Shown here: one piece after another, positions 16,860 through 24,367 of the stretch
Position numbering within the stretch: the stretch's first letter is position 1
How the letters are laid out: the number at the start of each line of letters is the position of its first letter
Origin: a virus
Length of the DNA: 25,144 bases
Strand: one strand, 5' to 3'
Virus record (IMG/VR): IMGVR_UViG_3300031379_000020
Made by a program: the position numbers and the translations under genes
Notes under the pieces: generated by a model
Seen by the model: only the letters and a program-made list of their open reading frames with translations
The model's database searches: none
What the model was told of the DNA's origin: nothing

Positions 16860-18324
16860 TATTCAAACCAATCTCGTCATAAGCGGGCATGATGAGATGG
16901 CATATCCCGGGATCAAGACAGTTCTTCGGGATTATATGTCCGTGAATGTACCTGGAGCTTATTTTGCCTCAGCGTATAAAAAACGGCAATGGGATGGTAA
17001 GCGGTACTTTATCACTCCAACTGGTAAGATGGCGACCGGATTCCTTCCATTACTTGCAACGGTACTGGAAAGAGATTATCCGGATTTGCCGATTGAGGTA
17101 GTTGATGAACGTGGGGAGATTCCGCCATTCAAAAGTGAGCTAATAACTCACATTGGATCTATGATAGCTGAAGGGGATTATGAGCATCAAAAACATGCCA
17201 TTGCCTCAATGGATAAGTGGATCACGATTCGCGAATCGCAAATTGCCTTTCCCAGAGGGATTGTAAATGCTGCAACAAATGCGGGGAAAACGGCTGTAAT
17301 CGCCGGATTGCTCCTCAATCTGGAAGGTAATAACCGAATGCTGGTATTGATCCATAATAAGACTATATTTACTCAGCTGGTAGAGGCTTTTGAAGATGTG
17401 TTCAATGGGGATGTAGGAATTATCAACGCGAGTACCTATAAACCTAATATCGTTACAGTTGGAATGATTAAGACTCTTTACAATAGGATAAAAAGTAGTG
17501 TGAACGTCAAGAAGGATATGGCTGCTTTCAATGTAGTAGCTGTAGATGAATGTCATCTGGCCGGGTCCAAAACTTATCAGGGCGTACTCAAGAATGTACC
17601 GGCCCCGATCCGTCTTTTCGTATCGGGTACTCCTTTCGATTCTAATGCGATTGTAAATAAAATGGTATCCATAGGCCTCTCCGGTCCAGAACTCTTTAAT
17701 ATCAGCAAGAGAGAACTAATGGATAAGGGAATTAGTCTGGAGGCTAAGATTCACATGCATTTATGTCATGAAATGCATGCTGATGACAGTAGTTATGATT
17801 CGGTTAGGTATTCCAGGATTTTTAAATCAGCAAAGCGTGTTGCAATTATGTATGATATTCTGAAGGATTATGAAGGATCTACTTTAATCGCGGTGAATTA
17901 TATCGAGCATGGACGATTATTAGCTGCCAGTTTGCAGTTATTGGGTATTAACTCGATAACTTTTGTTTATGGTGATGATCCGAAGAGGGAAGAAAAGATA
18001 GAGCAATTTAAAAATGGTGAGATCAAGACATTGGTGAGTACCACTATCCTTAAGGAGGGTGTGAATATACCCATAATATCTAAACTAATCTACGCCGCGG
18101 GTGGGAAGGCTAAAGTGGATTTGAAGCAGTGGATGGGACGACTGGAACGTTTGTATAAGGATACTAAGGATTTTATTATGCATGATTTTTTTGACATTGG
18201 ACCATATGTTGAAAACCACTCCAGGTCCCGCCGGGCGGTGTATAAAAGAGAACAACTGGATGTCACTGAGCATTATAATCGAAAAGAAATTCAAAAAATT
18301 ACTCGCGAACCCTTGCATAATTAA
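16840..18324 (+). CDS. Superfamily 2 DNA helicase (UvsW/XPB-like, DExH)
   Basis: Walker A AATNAGKT, Walker B VDECH, motif III SGT, EGVNIP, motif VI QWMGRLER. The start codon is TTG, so the exact start is uncertain. Confidence 0.9.
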   Translation: MKIIVGNIQTNLVISGHDEMAYPGIKTVLRDYMSVNVPGAYFASAYKKRQWDGKRYFITPTGKMATGFLPLLATVLERDYPDLPIEVVDERGEIPPFKSELITHIGSMIAEGDYEHQKHAIASMDKWITIRESQIAFPRGIVNAATNAGKTAVIAGLLLNLEGNNRMLVLIHNKTIFTQLVEAFEDVFNGDVGIINASTYKPNIVTVGMIKTLYNRIKSSVNVKKDMAAFNVVAVDECHLAGSKTYQGVLKNVPAPIRLFVSGTPFDSNAIVNKMVSIGLSGPELFNISKRELMDKGISLEAKIHMHLCHEMHADDSSYDSVRYSRIFKSAKRVAIMYDILKDYEGSTLIAVNYIEHGRLLAASLQLLGINSITFVYGDDPKREEKIEQFKNGEIKTLVSTTILKEGVNIPIISKLIYAAGGKAKVDLKQWMGRLERLYKDTKDFIMHDFFDIGPYVENHSRSRRAVYKREQLDVTEHYNRKEIQKITREPLHN

Positions 18325-18343
18325 AATATTTACCGTAATTTTG
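18312..18343 (+). promoter_or_regulatory. Bacteroidota primary-sigma-type promoter upstream of the polymerase operon
   Basis: CTTG (18312-18315), 20 nt, then TAATTTTG (18336-18343). Continues GTATT exactly as the promoter at 11730-11761 does. Confidence 0.7.
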
Positions 18344-18350
18344 TATTTCA

Positions 18351-18788
18351 ATGGTAAGACAAAAGAGATCAAAAAAAACAGAGATTAGTAGATTGAAACC
18401 ACTCAACATTGAGGATTTGTCTCAATCAGATGATTGCTTTGGCAAAGCGTGGGACCCCCAACACCCTCTCTGCAGTGTATGTGCAGACATTGATATTTGT
18501 GGTGTTGTATACCAGGAAACGGTAGTGATTCCGAAAATTAAAAAATTTGACGAATCGCTGCCCCTGGACCTCTTAGATTTTAAAAAAGTGGATTGGGATA
18601 AAGTGTCTAAGCTGGTGTCCAAGTATGAGAATGAGGGGGAACCTATGTCGTATGAGGAACTGATGCGATATGTTAAGGATCTAGCTAACACCAAAGATGA
18701 TTTTATGGTCAAGCTATTTATTGAAAGATCATTAAAAATGAATAATTTAAAGTGTTCTGAACACGGGGAGATTCTGATAAATGCCTAA
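18351..18788 (+). CDS. Four-cysteine (Zn or Fe-S) hypothetical protein coupled to DNA polymerase
   Basis: CFGKAWDPQHPLCSVCADIDIC is C-x11-C-x2-C-x5-C. The stop overlaps the polA start. Confidence 0.7.
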   Translation: MVRQKRSKKTEISRLKPLNIEDLSQSDDCFGKAWDPQHPLCSVCADIDICGVVYQETVVIPKIKKFDESLPLDLLDFKKVDWDKVSKLVSKYENEGEPMSYEELMRYVKDLANTKDDFMVKLFIERSLKMNNLKCSEHGEILINA

Positions 18789-21360
18789 AATATTGACTTT
18801 CATAGATAAAGGTTCCTCTCAGGAACTCTACAGAGATACACTCAAAACACTGATGGTGAGCGTGATTGGTATACCAGAGGATGAACTGTCTTTTGAGTAT
18901 TGGCCCGGGAATGATGGGGCTGTTAATAAGATTGATAGCTATAATCCAGACATTGTGTTCGTATGTGGTGAGGAAGCCCTGAATCACACATTACGAGTTA
19001 AGGGTATTAAAAGAATGTCCGGACAGATAAAGGAGTGGAATGGTAGAATGATTGTTCCTCTTCTTTCCCCGGGTTACATATCCAGCCATCCATCAGAGCT
19101 CGCACCTTATGCCGAATCGATTCAACGGGCATATATGGTTGCTGGCGGAGAAGAAATTAAAGAACCGGAAAACGAGTTCGAAATAATCCATACCTTTCAG
19201 GAATTGCTCCCGTACCTACCATACCTGAGCAATGCATCTGTTGTATCATTTGACTTTGAGACAACAACCCTTACAGATATGGGTACCTTCGATCCAAATT
19301 TTCGGCTCAGGGGCCTGGCGTTAACATATCAAATAGGATCAGCCATTTTCTTAGATTTGGAAGATATGTCTGCCGATGATATTCGGCATGTAGCCATGGC
19401 CCTTGACGAAAAAGTGTTCGGTAACCCGGACATCATTAAAATTGGTCATTATGTAAAGTTCGACATGCATTGTGCTGTCAAACTAGGTATTAAGCAATTC
19501 AAAGGTCGGTTTCACTGTACCATGCTCATGGCACAGTTGTTGGATGAGACTACGCCAAATGGATTAAAGTATCTTGTCAGTGTGCATTTCCCGGCATTCG
19601 CAGGGTATGAGAAGAAGCTACAGGGAACTAAATGGGAGGACATCCCCATGGAAATACTGGCTCCGTATGGTGCACTTGATTCAGATCTCACCCTTCGCCT
19701 CTATGTATACTTCACAAACATTATGTTAAAGGAACATCCTAGAGTATATAATTTATTCAGGACTCTCACAGTTCCGGCAACCATGGCCTTATTCCAGGCT
19801 GAACAGAATGGCATGCTCATAGATAGGCAGTATTTAAACGATGCTATCGTAGCTACAGAAGCTGATATCATTGAGCAGGAGCAGAAACTGCGACACAATA
19901 AGACCGTGAAAAAGTTTCAGGCGCACAGGGATGAGGTGTTTAAACATAACATGATTACCAAACTTGAGGATAAGATTGTGCGAGAGGGTGAGAGGGAGTT
20001 TGCAGAGACCCCGGCAGATTGCAGGGATAAGCGAGTATCAATCCTTGAGCAGGAATTAATGGTGGCTGATATAGCGCAGCAGATAAAAATTCAGGCTAGG
20101 ATAACAAAGGAGAAGGAGAAAAAATATGGTCCTACGCCAAAGGAGGCCAGCCTTAATAGGATAGCTATACTTCAACTGAAAATAAACGCCTGGAAAACTG
20201 GTAGTGTTACCTCTAGTGAACCTATTAATTTTGCTAGTCCACTGCAGATGAATGAGTTGATATATGGAATTAAAGGCTTTGCTTTTGATCCCCCACAGGA
20301 CCCTATAACCGGTGAATTGAAGAGCGGTACCGGTAAAGAAGTATTGAATTATATTCGTGATAAATCAAGCTTCCTGGATAATTTATTGGCTTATCGCCAG
20401 CTGACTAAGATCCTGAGCACTTATTTGATATCTATTCGTGATAAAATGGGTAAAGATAATAAGATCCATTCGAGTTTTAATCAGCATATTGCAAAAACCG
20501 GTAGATTAAGTTCTAATAATCCAAATCTACAGAATATTATCGCCCGGACTAAATATGAAGTAGTAGAGGAGGCAGTAAAACGAGTGAAGAGATCCTTTAC
20601 AGTTCCTGAAGGGTATACTTTGACCCAAGCTGACTATTCTCAGGCAGAATTGCGATTGATAGCTCATTACTCTCAGGACAAGCGAATGATGAAAGCTTAT
20701 CTGGCTGATCAGGATCTGCATGAAATTACAGCGGCTAATGCCAAGGGCTTATCCCTGGCGAAGTGGAAAGAGCTGGATGATAAAGAGAGGAAAGAGAGTA
20801 GGTTTGAGGCTAAGGCTGAGAATTTCGGACTCATTTACGGGATGTCTGCCGGCGGGTACCGGGACTATGCCAGGGTCCAATATGGAATTATCATGGGTAA
20901 AAAGAAAGCAGAGGAACGACGAAATGATTTCTTTGATTTATATCCAGGTCTATTATCTTATCACCATACTTATAAGGCCAAGGCGCGGAAATTTGGTTAC
21001 GTCAGGACCTTGTTCGGGAGAAAAGTAAGACTACCCGATCTAAAAAGTTTTAACAGAATTAAAGTCGGACACGCGGAACGGAATGCTATTAATTCTCCGA
21101 TCCAGGGTACAGCCGGCGAAATGACTATATTTGCATTTGCCCTATTACAGCCCATTTTGGACAAGCGGGTGATTTTTGTCAATACGATACATGATTCGAT
21201 ACTTTATTATATACCAGATGATATTCTGGAAGAAACGATTAATTTGATCAAAATAGTTATGGAGAACTTACCTATTGAAACATACTTTGATATGACTTTA
21301 TCATTGCCTATGAAAGCAGATTTTGAATCTAGTAAAGAAAGTTGGGGGTGGTTACAATAA
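18781..21360 (+). CDS. polA: Family A DNA polymerase with N-terminal UDG-like domain, 3'-5' exonuclease and a large thumb insertion
   Basis: Exo I SFDFETT, Exo II HYVKFD, Exo III YGALD, TGRLSSNNPNLQN, motif A ADYSQAELR, motif B RFEAKAENFGLIYG (Phe at the E. coli 762 equivalent), motif C TIHDS. Confidence 0.95.
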   Translation: MPKILTFIDKGSSQELYRDTLKTLMVSVIGIPEDELSFEYWPGNDGAVNKIDSYNPDIVFVCGEEALNHTLRVKGIKRMSGQIKEWNGRMIVPLLSPGYISSHPSELAPYAESIQRAYMVAGGEEIKEPENEFEIIHTFQELLPYLPYLSNASVVSFDFETTTLTDMGTFDPNFRLRGLALTYQIGSAIFLDLEDMSADDIRHVAMALDEKVFGNPDIIKIGHYVKFDMHCAVKLGIKQFKGRFHCTMLMAQLLDETTPNGLKYLVSVHFPAFAGYEKKLQGTKWEDIPMEILAPYGALDSDLTLRLYVYFTNIMLKEHPRVYNLFRTLTVPATMALFQAEQNGMLIDRQYLNDAIVATEADIIEQEQKLRHNKTVKKFQAHRDEVFKHNMITKLEDKIVREGEREFAETPADCRDKRVSILEQELMVADIAQQIKIQARITKEKEKKYGPTPKEASLNRIAILQLKINAWKTGSVTSSEPINFASPLQMNELIYGIKGFAFDPPQDPITGELKSGTGKEVLNYIRDKSSFLDNLLAYRQLTKILSTYLISIRDKMGKDNKIHSSFNQHIAKTGRLSSNNPNLQNIIARTKYEVVEEAVKRVKRSFTVPEGYTLTQADYSQAELRLIAHYSQDKRMMKAYLADQDLHEITAANAKGLSLAKWKELDDKERKESRFEAKAENFGLIYGMSAGGYRDYARVQYGIIMGKKKAEERRNDFFDLYPGLLSYHHTYKAKARKFGYVRTLFGRKVRLPDLKSFNRIKVGHAERNAINSPIQGTAGEMTIFAFALLQPILDKRVIFVNTIHDSILYYIPDDILEETINLIKIVMENLPIETYFDMTLSLPMKADFESSKESWGWLQ

Positions 21361-21398
21361 TGATAATTCACACTTTAATAGTAGGATTTGAGAATTAT
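21360..21398 (+). pseudogene. 5' remnant (13 codons) of a second NUMOD4-HNH endonuclease gene
   Basis: ATG overlaps the polA TAA (TAATG). Encodes MIIHTLIVGFENY, and 18 of its last 21 nt match 1674-1694 (IEGFEDY) of the intact HNH gene. Confidence 0.75.
21395..21398 (+). other. Predicted target/transposon-adjacent motif TTAT (left cleavage site, likely TnpB TAM)
   Basis: The left-end guide tetramer AAAA (21413-21416) predicts TTnT by the IS608 guide-pairing rule, and TTAT lies 14 nt upstream of it. HNH homology also breaks here. Confidence 0.65.
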
Positions 21399-21529
21399 CC
21401 TGTCTTAACGAGAAAACCATTTCCTTCAGGCAGTGGATGAATCGTTTTATGTAGGATATTAGTAAATAGTGGATTTTTCTGTTGTAGAACATAGAAAATC
21501 ATGAAACTTTCTTGAAAATATTCTGTAAA

Positions 21530-21562
21530 ATTGAATAAAGTTGCAAACGACAAATATCTTCG
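21530..21562 (+). promoter_or_regulatory. Possible Bacteroidota-type promoter for tnpB (near-leaderless)
   Basis: ATTG, 21 nt, then TATCTTCG (one mismatch to TAnnTTTG), 4 nt before ATG 21567. Confidence 0.4.
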
Positions 21563-21566
21563 TATA

Positions 21567-22730
21567 ATGTTAAAGGCTTTTAAATATAGATTGTATCCTA
21601 CAGAAACACAAGCCGAATTGATAAATAAACATATCGGTAGCTGTCGTTTTCTGTGGAACTTAGCTTTGGAAACTAAGCAAATTGCATATACTGGGAATAG
21701 GGTTAATCTCAATTGTTTTGATCTTAACAACCAACTTCCTGATCTTAAAAATGAATTAGTATGGCTAAAAGAGATTAACAGCCAGTCTTTACAGGCTGTC
21801 ACTCGTATTTTAGATAATGCCTTTACTAATTTCTTCAAAGGACGGGCTAATTTCCCCAAGTTTAAATCTAAGCATAATAGAATCCAGTCATTCCATATAC
21901 CGCAAAGTGTTTCATTAAACGGGGATAAACTCATTATTCCAAAATTTAAAGGTGGGATTTTAATTGTTTTGCATCGACCAGTCAAAGGATTAATAAGGCA
22001 AGCTACAATTAGTAGAACGCCAACAGGAAAATACTTTGTTTCTATACTCTGTGAGACCAATGAACAAAATAAGCCTAAAGTAAAGATCACTGAAAATACA
22101 ACAGTAGGAATAGACTTGGGAATCAAAACATTTCTTGTGGCTTCCGATGGGAGCGAGTTTGATAATCCTAAATTTCTACGTAAAGCACAATCAAGACTTA
22201 AATATTTACAGCGCAGATGTTCTAAGTACAAAGGGAAGCAAACAAAATTCAGGCTGGCTACATTGCATGAAAAAGTAGCTAACCAACGTAAAGATTTTCT
22301 ACACAAAACCTCAACTAAATTGATTAGTGAGAACCAAACTATCGCTATTGAGGATTTGAATATTTCCGGTATGGTAAAAAACCACTGTCTTGCACAATCA
22401 ATAAGTGATGCAGGATGGTTAATGTTTGTAACTATGCTGGAATATAAAGCGGAGTGGTATGGAAAGAACATCTTAAAGATAGGTCGCTTTGATCCATCCT
22501 CAAAGACTTGTTCTAACTGCGGATATATCAATAAAGAGTTAGAACTTAAAGACAGGGAATGGAATTGCCCTTCTTGTGGTTCTGTTCTTGATCGTGATAT
22601 TAATGCTGCTGTCAACATAAAAACATTCGCTTTAAAAAATCATTTGTCTAGGGAACCTAGACTTAAAAATCAGGACGAACTGCCGACATTAGTCGGAGTG
22701 ACGACTCCCGAAGCCATCTCCTTTAGGTGA
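21567..22730 (+). CDS. tnpB: RNA-guided endonuclease TnpB, catalytic residues intact
   Basis: MLKAFKYRLYPT N-terminus, RuvC-I VGIDLG, RuvC-II IAIEDL, zinc finger CSNC/CPSC, RuvC-III DRDINAA. The ORF track's TTG start at 21531 is probably too far upstream. Confidence 0.95.
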   Translation: MLKAFKYRLYPTETQAELINKHIGSCRFLWNLALETKQIAYTGNRVNLNCFDLNNQLPDLKNELVWLKEINSQSLQAVTRILDNAFTNFFKGRANFPKFKSKHNRIQSFHIPQSVSLNGDKLIIPKFKGGILIVLHRPVKGLIRQATISRTPTGKYFVSILCETNEQNKPKVKITENTTVGIDLGIKTFLVASDGSEFDNPKFLRKAQSRLKYLQRRCSKYKGKQTKFRLATLHEKVANQRKDFLHKTSTKLISENQTIAIEDLNISGMVKNHCLAQSISDAGWLMFVTMLEYKAEWYGKNILKIGRFDPSSKTCSNCGYINKELELKDREWNCPSCGSVLDRDINAAVNIKTFALKNHLSREPRLKNQDELPTLVGVTTPEAISFR

Positions 22731-22761
22731 TGGTAGTTCACAGTGTCTTAAAAGGTAAATA
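22640..22761 (+). ncRNA. Predicted TnpB omegaRNA (reRNA) scaffold plus ~20-nt guide from the right flank; 5' end approximate
   Basis: Hairpins GTCTAGG-gaa-CCTAGAC (22646-22662), CCGAC-atta-GTCGG (22683-22696) and the right-end hairpin overlap the tnpB 3' end, as established for TnpB systems. The guide would begin AGTGTCTTAAAAGGTAAATA at 22742. Confidence 0.7.
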
Positions 22762-22798
22762 TAATCATACAAAAGGATTAACATTTAAAACAATTTGA
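22742..22798 (+). pseudogene. 3' remnant (18 codons + stop) of the second HNH endonuclease gene (NUMOD1 tail)
   Basis: Encodes SVLKGKYNHTKGLTFKTI-stop, versus RVLTGECNHAKGLTFKKI at 2109-2162: 12/18 aa and 42/54 nt identical, ungapped. Confidence 0.8.
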
Positions 22799-22837
22799 TA
22801 CGTTTATTAACACATTGCATTAAAAATTTTATTTATT

Positions 22838-23890
22838 ATGATTGATCAGAACAAATTAAAAGAATTTCAAGCGGGCCTTGACGAAAAAGACGGCCCTAGT
22901 AGTTTTTTCAACGCCAGCAAAATTGTTGGCTCGATGGATTTTCGAATTCTGGACCCCCTTCCCAACCTGGACGGATTGTATGCCCTTGAGGTAGCGTACT
23001 GGTGGATAGGGAAAGTTAAAGTGAATCTCCCAACCGCGTTTAGTGATCATGATCAGGTTCAACTCTGTCTTGACGACGCGAAATCAGCTAAGAATGCTGA
23101 GCTGGATAAGTTATTAGATCTCCGTGATGATTACGGGAATGTGAAGCTGCGTAAGCAGATTGAATATTGGATTCCAGGACTTATTTTTGATTGGGAATTA
23201 GAAGGTGATCAGATTGTAGGGATTTGGAACGATGATGCAGAGGGCACATTAAATGTCGATGCTATCAGTCGGTATGTTAGGGATGATGAAGGTAAAATTT
23301 TTACGTGTAAGATTCAGCTTATGAAAGCTATCAACCGTGAAGCAACTACCAGGGGTGGATCATTGATGTTTGATAAGGATAAAGGATTCAATTTGATTCT
23401 TGGTAAAACTGGAGAGAAGCGGAAGACCGTTTACAGTGCAAGCAAGGCTGATTATCTGCCCATGCCGGCGAAGTATTATGGTGAAGGTACCCCAGATATA
23501 GTGAATATCTGTAAGGGATCAATGTTTACTGATGATTATATCTACAGACTCCTGGGTGAATATTTGTATGGAGAAGTATTGGCTGAACGTACTGAGGATG
23601 ATTATCTTTTCCCTGAGATAAGAGAAGCATTAAAGAAGGATGCAAAGGAGCCTGAGGCGACGAAGCCATCAAGGCCTACCAGGGGTGGAGTTAGTACCCC
23701 GAAAGCAGAGCCTGAGGCAGATGCTCCAAAAGATGAGGCCCCGGCAGCAGAAGCTACGACAGCGGCGCCGACAAGGCCAAGCACATCAGCTAGACCGGCG
23801 ACCAAGGCAGATGTTACGGCTAATACAACCAGGCCTCCACGTGGAGCTGGCGTTAAGCGCAACATGACAGACGATATGCAGGATGTCTAG
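22838..23890 (+). CDS. Putative single-stranded DNA-binding protein (T4 gp32-like) with a long disordered C-terminal tail
   Basis: FFNASK...DFRILDP N-terminus, aromatic-rich core, FNLILGKTGEKRKTVYS, P/A/T/E/K-rich tail ending in acidic DDMQDV, located in the replication module. Confidence 0.6.
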   Translation: MIDQNKLKEFQAGLDEKDGPSSFFNASKIVGSMDFRILDPLPNLDGLYALEVAYWWIGKVKVNLPTAFSDHDQVQLCLDDAKSAKNAELDKLLDLRDDYGNVKLRKQIEYWIPGLIFDWELEGDQIVGIWNDDAEGTLNVDAISRYVRDDEGKIFTCKIQLMKAINREATTRGGSLMFDKDKGFNLILGKTGEKRKTVYSASKADYLPMPAKYYGEGTPDIVNICKGSMFTDDYIYRLLGEYLYGEVLAERTEDDYLFPEIREALKKDAKEPEATKPSRPTRGGVSTPKAEPEADAPKDEAPAAEATTAAPTRPSTSARPATKADVTANTTRPPRGAGVKRNMTDDMQDV

Positions 23891-24356
23891 CAACCCGGAA
23901 ATAACAGTAGTTGGAGAGCTCTCGTCAGATGGACAAAGTTTGACGATCTCTAACTCTGCTCGCGCTAAGCGCTTATGGAAACACCTGCAGGGAACTCAAC
24001 TTGAGATCACATTCAAGAAGTTCTACAGGAAGCGCTCTCTAGCACAAAACCGGTATATTCACGGAGTACTTGTACCTGATGTGGTACAGTTTCTATTAGA
24101 GACTACAGGTGTGACACACTCAAAGGAGGCGATTTATGCCTTCCTTCGCATGCGGGTCATCGGAAATGAAATGTGGGTAGAGACTATTGATGATCAGGAT
24201 GTAATATTTTTATCCGGGAAGCGATTTTCCCAGATGAATACCAAGGAGTTCTCAGAGGCAGTAGAGAAGATAGTTGCTTACTATGCTGAGCGCGGCCTGC
24301 AGATTAGACTGCCCAAAGAACGGACCAACAATTTAATTACAGATTATGCAGCTTAA
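23883..24356 (+). CDS. NinB-like recombination protein
   Basis: RKRSLAQNRYIHG and SQMNTKEFSEAVEKI...GLQIRLP match the NinB/DUF1367-type pattern. Confidence 0.7.
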   Translation: MSSNPEITVVGELSSDGQSLTISNSARAKRLWKHLQGTQLEITFKKFYRKRSLAQNRYIHGVLVPDVVQFLLETTGVTHSKEAIYAFLRMRVIGNEMWVETIDDQDVIFLSGKRFSQMNTKEFSEAVEKIVAYYAERGLQIRLPKERTNNLITDYAA

Positions 24357-24367
24357 AACAAATTAAA

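Larger units (their letters stand above)
21399..22741 (+). mobile_element. Non-autonomous tnpB-only IS200/IS605-family element (IS1341-like)
   Basis: Left hairpin CCATTTCCTTCAGGCAGTGG (21417-21436) and right hairpin CCATCTCCTTTAGGTGATGG (22714-22733) share the same geometry. GAAG guide (22710-22713) with a TCAC right end (22738-22741). No tnpA ORF between the left end and tnpB. Confidence 0.85.

Noticed and set aside
291-20721. Numerous 60-120 aa minus-strand and off-frame ORFs in the track
   Set aside because: All are short, lie wholly within well-supported plus-strand genes and show no motifs.
21531-21566. TTG start and 12 extra codons for TnpB
   Set aside because: The family-typical N-terminus begins at MLKAFKYRLYP (21567), and the extension overlaps a promoter-like sequence.
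21437-21566. tnpA or IStron group I intron within the element
   Set aside because: Only about 130 nt of AT-rich sequence, with no HUH (Y1) or serine recombinase ORF and no room for a ribozyme core.
23602-23867. Alternative-frame ORFs 23602-23865 (-) and 23640-23867 (+)
   Set aside because: These are shadows of the GC-richer low-complexity tail of the SSB-like gene.
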